A stretch of 64,000 nucleotides of DNA from Phyllobates terribilis (Eukaryota), in contig NW_027362762.1 of assembly GCF_046119375.1 (NCBI RefSeq), positions 129,704,001-129,768,000 on the forward strand, written 5' to 3'. The notes under the pieces were generated by a model that was not told the DNA's origin, did no database searches, and worked only from the letters and a program-made list of their open reading frames with translations. Both the position numbers and the translations under genes were made by a program. Below are positions 59,971 through 64,000 of this stretch, one piece after another (positions within the stretch are counted from its first letter, which is position 1; every line of letters begins with the position of its first letter).

Positions 59971-61566
59971 TTCTGATGCGGCAAGGATGACTTCTGATGG
60001 GCACACTTTTAGGCAGTGACCTGGGTGTCAGAGATGCTTCCAGGGGTCTTCCCCATGCTGTTCCCATGTCTTTTCAGCACTGTATGCATGTGTCACACAG
60101 CACATGGCCAGATAAGATTGTAAAATGTTAAAATGACATTTCCCGGTGAATGCATTTGTCACGGTTGAAAGCAATACAAAAGTGCAAAAACGCATAAAAA
60201 TTGCTACTTGTGAACATAGCCCAAGGTGTGGAGGAGTATTTTTGTTTGTGGTTATTTATTTTACCTTATACATAAGTCTTTACCCTGGAAAGGATGTACC
60301 TTAACATATTTCACAGGAAAACAGTTTCAGTTTCGTTTTTGAACGTTTTATTGTGTGCCCGTAAAAGTGGCTTAATACCTCTGACCACGTTGTTGACAGC
60401 AGTGACCTGGGGGTCAGAAATGCTTCCTGGGGCGATCCCCATGATGTCCCCTTATCATTTGAGCTCTGTCACTATTGTCTTGGGCACTTTTTAGGCTTTC
60501 TACAGACTGCCGAGGGTGCCGCCGCAAAAATGCTCGGGTCTCCCATAGACTAACACTGGGCTCGTTGCTCGGGTCGAGCACCCGAGTATCACGGTGAGCT
60601 CGGCCAGAGCTTCGAGCACCCGACCATTTTAGTGCTCGCTCAACACTATCTGGCAACTTATGGACGAGTCTGGGTTTGTCAAATTCCAGGAGACTGTAAG
60701 GAGATGTGTAAGTCGTGTACCAGGGGTTTTCTTCAGGACACGGCAGAGTTACGGATGAAGAAAACCAACTCTTACACAGTTCGTTCTCAAGAAAAACTAT
60801 TTTAACCAGACAATAGAAAACATTCATAACATTCTGCATACATTTGCCAAACAGTTGGACCCTCTGTGCTATACAGCGCGGCACTCAAGAGATCTGTATT
60901 TACTCTTTCCTCTGCAAATTTGCCTATTGGCGTGCCTGTCTAAACTGACCCACTATTACCGGCTTACACCCTGAGAATTAGGTTAATTGTATGAGTGCAA
61001 CGTAGAGAGTAGCCTGCGGTACAGCACCGGAGTTTACAAACTTAACAACATTTTCCTATATTTTCCCAACCAAATCTCCCTCTCCCTTCTCGTAATGTCT
61101 TCAGTAAACTCAGAGAAATAGTCCATCCTCAACTGCATAGAAAATACCCCAGAAATTACTGTGACAGTGGTTTAGCCGTGAGTGAAGTCTATCGCAGTTA
61201 AATAACTGTCCAATAATACAATGCTCCGCAGAAACTTTCTCCTGAAACAGAATGAAGTTCAAGTTTTGATCCGGAGTCCGTTTTGTGCCGCGTCGGCACC
61301 TGAGCGTGGATTTGGATTTTTAGTTATTGAACAAACAGAAAATGTGGCAGCAGATCCGTATGTCCTGGATGCTGAAGATACCAATAAACGTATTTTACAT
61401 CAGTCATTTTGCCTAAATATTTAACTACAGGCTATATCTCAGCCTTAGATATTTTGGCCCCAAAATGTTATGTGATGCATGCACAGTTACTCACTGCGGG
61501 GCCCTTCCAACCGGTGAGCAGTAATAATGATGCTTGTGGCTTGAGTCCTCAGCGGCGCCCTTCACC

Positions 61567-61747
61567 TCTCACTGTGGGTCCTGGCCTTTATCATCTTTTA
61601 ACAGCGTTCCTGACAGAAATCTCCTCAAATCTGGACAGGTTCTGGTCACGAGCAAGTCTCACTGTGGGTCCTGGCCTTTATCATCTTTTAACAGCGTTCC
61701 TGACAGAAATCTCCTCAAATCTGGACAGGTTCTGGTCACGAGCAAGT
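61567..61747. repeat. Perfect 90-bp tandem duplication
   Basis: TCTCACTGTGGGTCCTGGCC...GAGCAAGT at 61567 and 61657. Confidence 0.95.
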
Positions 61748-63147
61748 TCAGCTCCAATCTGCCACTTCTCTGCTGTCTGTGGGATGCTCCCAGATGCAGA
61801 TGCTGCTGGATCCTTTCCAGCAGGTCCTTTTACTGTTTAGGACATCTCTCGACTGCACTCAAGATGGCCACACTTCCACTTTCTGTGTCTCATGAGTCAG
61901 TCTGTAACCCCTCCTTTGACACTTCTGTATGCATTATACAGTCTTTCAACAATACTTTGGCAACAGCGACATCTTATGGCCAGATAATAACATTGTAAAG
62001 AAGCAAAATATATTTACAAGTGCAGTGTTACACTGGTATGAATACAGTTATACACAACTATATCACCCAGATGGATTGACACACATCTCACAGATGGACA
62101 TATTGTCCATGTTCCCCCTTGAAGAACAAGTGTATTATTATGTTGTGTAATGTGAACTATGACATGCTTTAATAGTGTTAATGTTGTATGTTGCCCTACA
62201 ATAGGGAGAGTTAGAGTTAAGATTGGGAGTAGTCAAGAGTGGGAGGGGACAAGATGAAGGGAGAGAGACATTTTCTCATCAGAACGTCAGATTGAGCCCA
62301 GTGTGCATAGAAAGTAGACCTAAGGTCTAATGTGAGCAGTGCCACATGATGTGGGTGTCCCTAATGTGAGAGGAGACTGAAACAGAGGATAGCGAGATCC
62401 TAGCGGAACAAAGGAGAGAAGTGACCGAAAGGTAGAGAGATTGATTGGAGATGGGTCCAGGGGAAGGACGCCTAGCAGTACGGCCCAGAGTTTTTAACTC
62501 CAAGAGGTAAAGGGCCAAGACGGGACAGAGTATGTGAGATGAAAAAAGTGACCTGGGCGGGAGTTCCAGAATGTCAAGGACAGAGAAAATAAGTACCAGC
62601 CATACTTGCAATATAGTTCCCTAGAAGGAAAAGAAGGTGCGGAACCGCGGGTGGAGAATAGGACTGTTGCTAACTGAACTATAGTTCTGAATAATTTTTC
62701 TATTTTTCCATCGACAAAGCCGTATGAGTGCTTGTTTTTTTGCGGGATGAGTTTTACTTTTGAATAAAACCATTCATTTTATCATGTAATGTACTTGAAT
62801 GCAGGAAAGAAATTCCAAGTGAGGCAAAGTAGCGAAAAAAGCGCAATTCCGCAATTTTTTTTGTTAGTTTTTTTTATTTACAGCACTCAATATACAGTAA
62901 AAATGACTTGGCAATGTTATTCTCCAAAGCAGTGCAATTACGTCAATACCAAACATGCACAGATTTTTTTTTATGTAAATGATGAAAAAAAAAATTGGAA
63001 ATTTGTAAAAAAAAACATTTGAAGTAATTTTATATTTTGATAGAGCAGACTTTTACAGATCAACCAGTCACATATGCTATGTACAGCAATACCACAATTT
63101 TGCTGTATATAGCAAAACTTACTGTCTCCTATGAACACTGGCCACGG

Positions 63148-63721
63148 TGTCACGCAAGGTGTGGGAAAGACTAAGTGCAACACGAAGGAAAGAGGGGAAG
63201 GGAGCCCAGACACTAGGGAAAGGGGGAGTGGAGACCTCCCAGGCTAATCTGATATCACCCTGTCTTCCCTATCGTCCCTATATTGGTTCCTCACCAATCG
63301 CCGCACAGGAACCTAAACCCTGTATTTTCCTAGAGCTTAGCCCTGGATAGGAAAGGGGGGATTTGCACTAGTCAGTCCCCACTAACAACTAAAGACAACA
63401 AGGGAGACAAACACGGGGGAAAGTAACTTAGCTTGAGCCTACTTCAGAGAGATTACACCACACGTCCTCCTAGCGTGGAATGAACCTGAGGAAGTAAGCA
63501 GACTGCAATAACTCCAAGCCTTCACCAGGGAACATGTGAATATCACCGGCAACTCCCTGTAGCAAACAGAAAGAATTTAAACACCCAGGCCTGGGGTCAA
63601 TTAGCAGGAGGGAGGTAGCCGCTGGGTCAAAGAGTGAGACAGATTTAAGAAGGTGTCTGTAATGCCAAACGAAGAGATCTTCTGCAACCAACTGCAGGGC
63701 GACTGTCTGTCACATCTGACA
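63148..63721. mobile_element. Solo LTR (574 bp)
   Basis: TGTCACG...CTGACA termini; 5-bp TSD CACGG/CATGG (one CpG-type change). Confidence 0.72.
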
Positions 63722-64000
63722 CATGGGCTGGCTCTCAAAGGAGTACCGTCATAAAAGGCAAGGGGTCTTCAGCAGAACCCCAGCTATCATACCAACTCAT
63801 TGGTGCCCCGCAATCACGTTGGGCACAGACTGACAGCAGCATTTCACAGGGTAACAGCCATTGGTGGAGCTTCTGATCCCACATCAAAGTCAGGAAGCTG
63901 ACATTGGATGTTCCAGTACCTCCAACGTTAGGAAGGGGTTAGTACCTATGGATTTTGACTATGATGTTGTAAACGCTCCTATAGTTGCAATGTGTAGGTG

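Larger units (their letters stand above)
51794..60648 (+). mobile_element. hAT DNA transposon C (8855 bp)
   Basis: Perfect 16-bp TIR TAGTGTTGAGCGAGCA / TGCTCGCTCAACACTA; perfect 8-bp TSD TCTGGCAA. Confidence 0.96.
51300..60710 (+). pseudogene. Old Tc1 transposase remnant (51300-51793 and 60649-60710) interrupted by hAT-C
   Basis: Decayed GIIEKWKRLGTTA, RKL...FHG and KRLMEWWK segments on the left; continues TTCACTATCTGGCAA|CTTATGGACGAGTCTGGGTTTG on the right, as in Tc1 F-T-I-W-Q-S-D-G-R-V-W-V. Confidence 0.65.

Noticed and set aside
60720-61200. Non-repetitive segment that might be retroviral coding sequence
   Set aside because: All three + frames have stops and no motif was recognised.
62200-62640. 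Purine-skewed segment resembling an L2/CR1 endonuclease fragment on the minus strand
   Set aside because: Composition fits but no diagnostic GDFN or SDH motif could be read.

Overview
Eukaryotic, repeat-saturated DNA with no recognisable host gene, RNA gene or CRISPR array. It is most likely from an anuran amphibian (inference from TTAA/AGGG T2-type MITEs, Passport/RTTN-like Tc1 and TAGTG(A/T)TGAGC hAT families). The window opens inside an endogenous Maverick/Polinton (adintovirus-like) element: protein-primed DNA polymerase B, then a truncated packaging ATPase, then a GC-rich terminal repeat ending in ACTACTACT at 2425, which directly abuts a ~3 kb 93-bp satellite. The rest is a nested stack of transposons, many delimited by their target-site duplications (TSDs). 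These include three large related hAT elements with decayed transposases (8333-12168, 20391-30414, 51794-60648), a 4-kb non-autonomous hAT, four Tc1 copies, three solo LTRs with 5-bp TSDs, an RTE LINE 3' end, a piggyBac-like element, and many T2 and Harbinger MITEs and minisatellites. Most ORF-track entries are artefacts of repeats. The most unusual features are the Maverick end with adenovirus-ITR-like motifs at a satellite edge, the inverted and amplified transposase fragments inside the 8.9-kb hAT, the codon-phased acidic cargo and repeat hierarchy inside the 10-kb hAT, and the atypical ~1100-aa hAT transposase architecture. All comparisons were made by eye; no database search was run.
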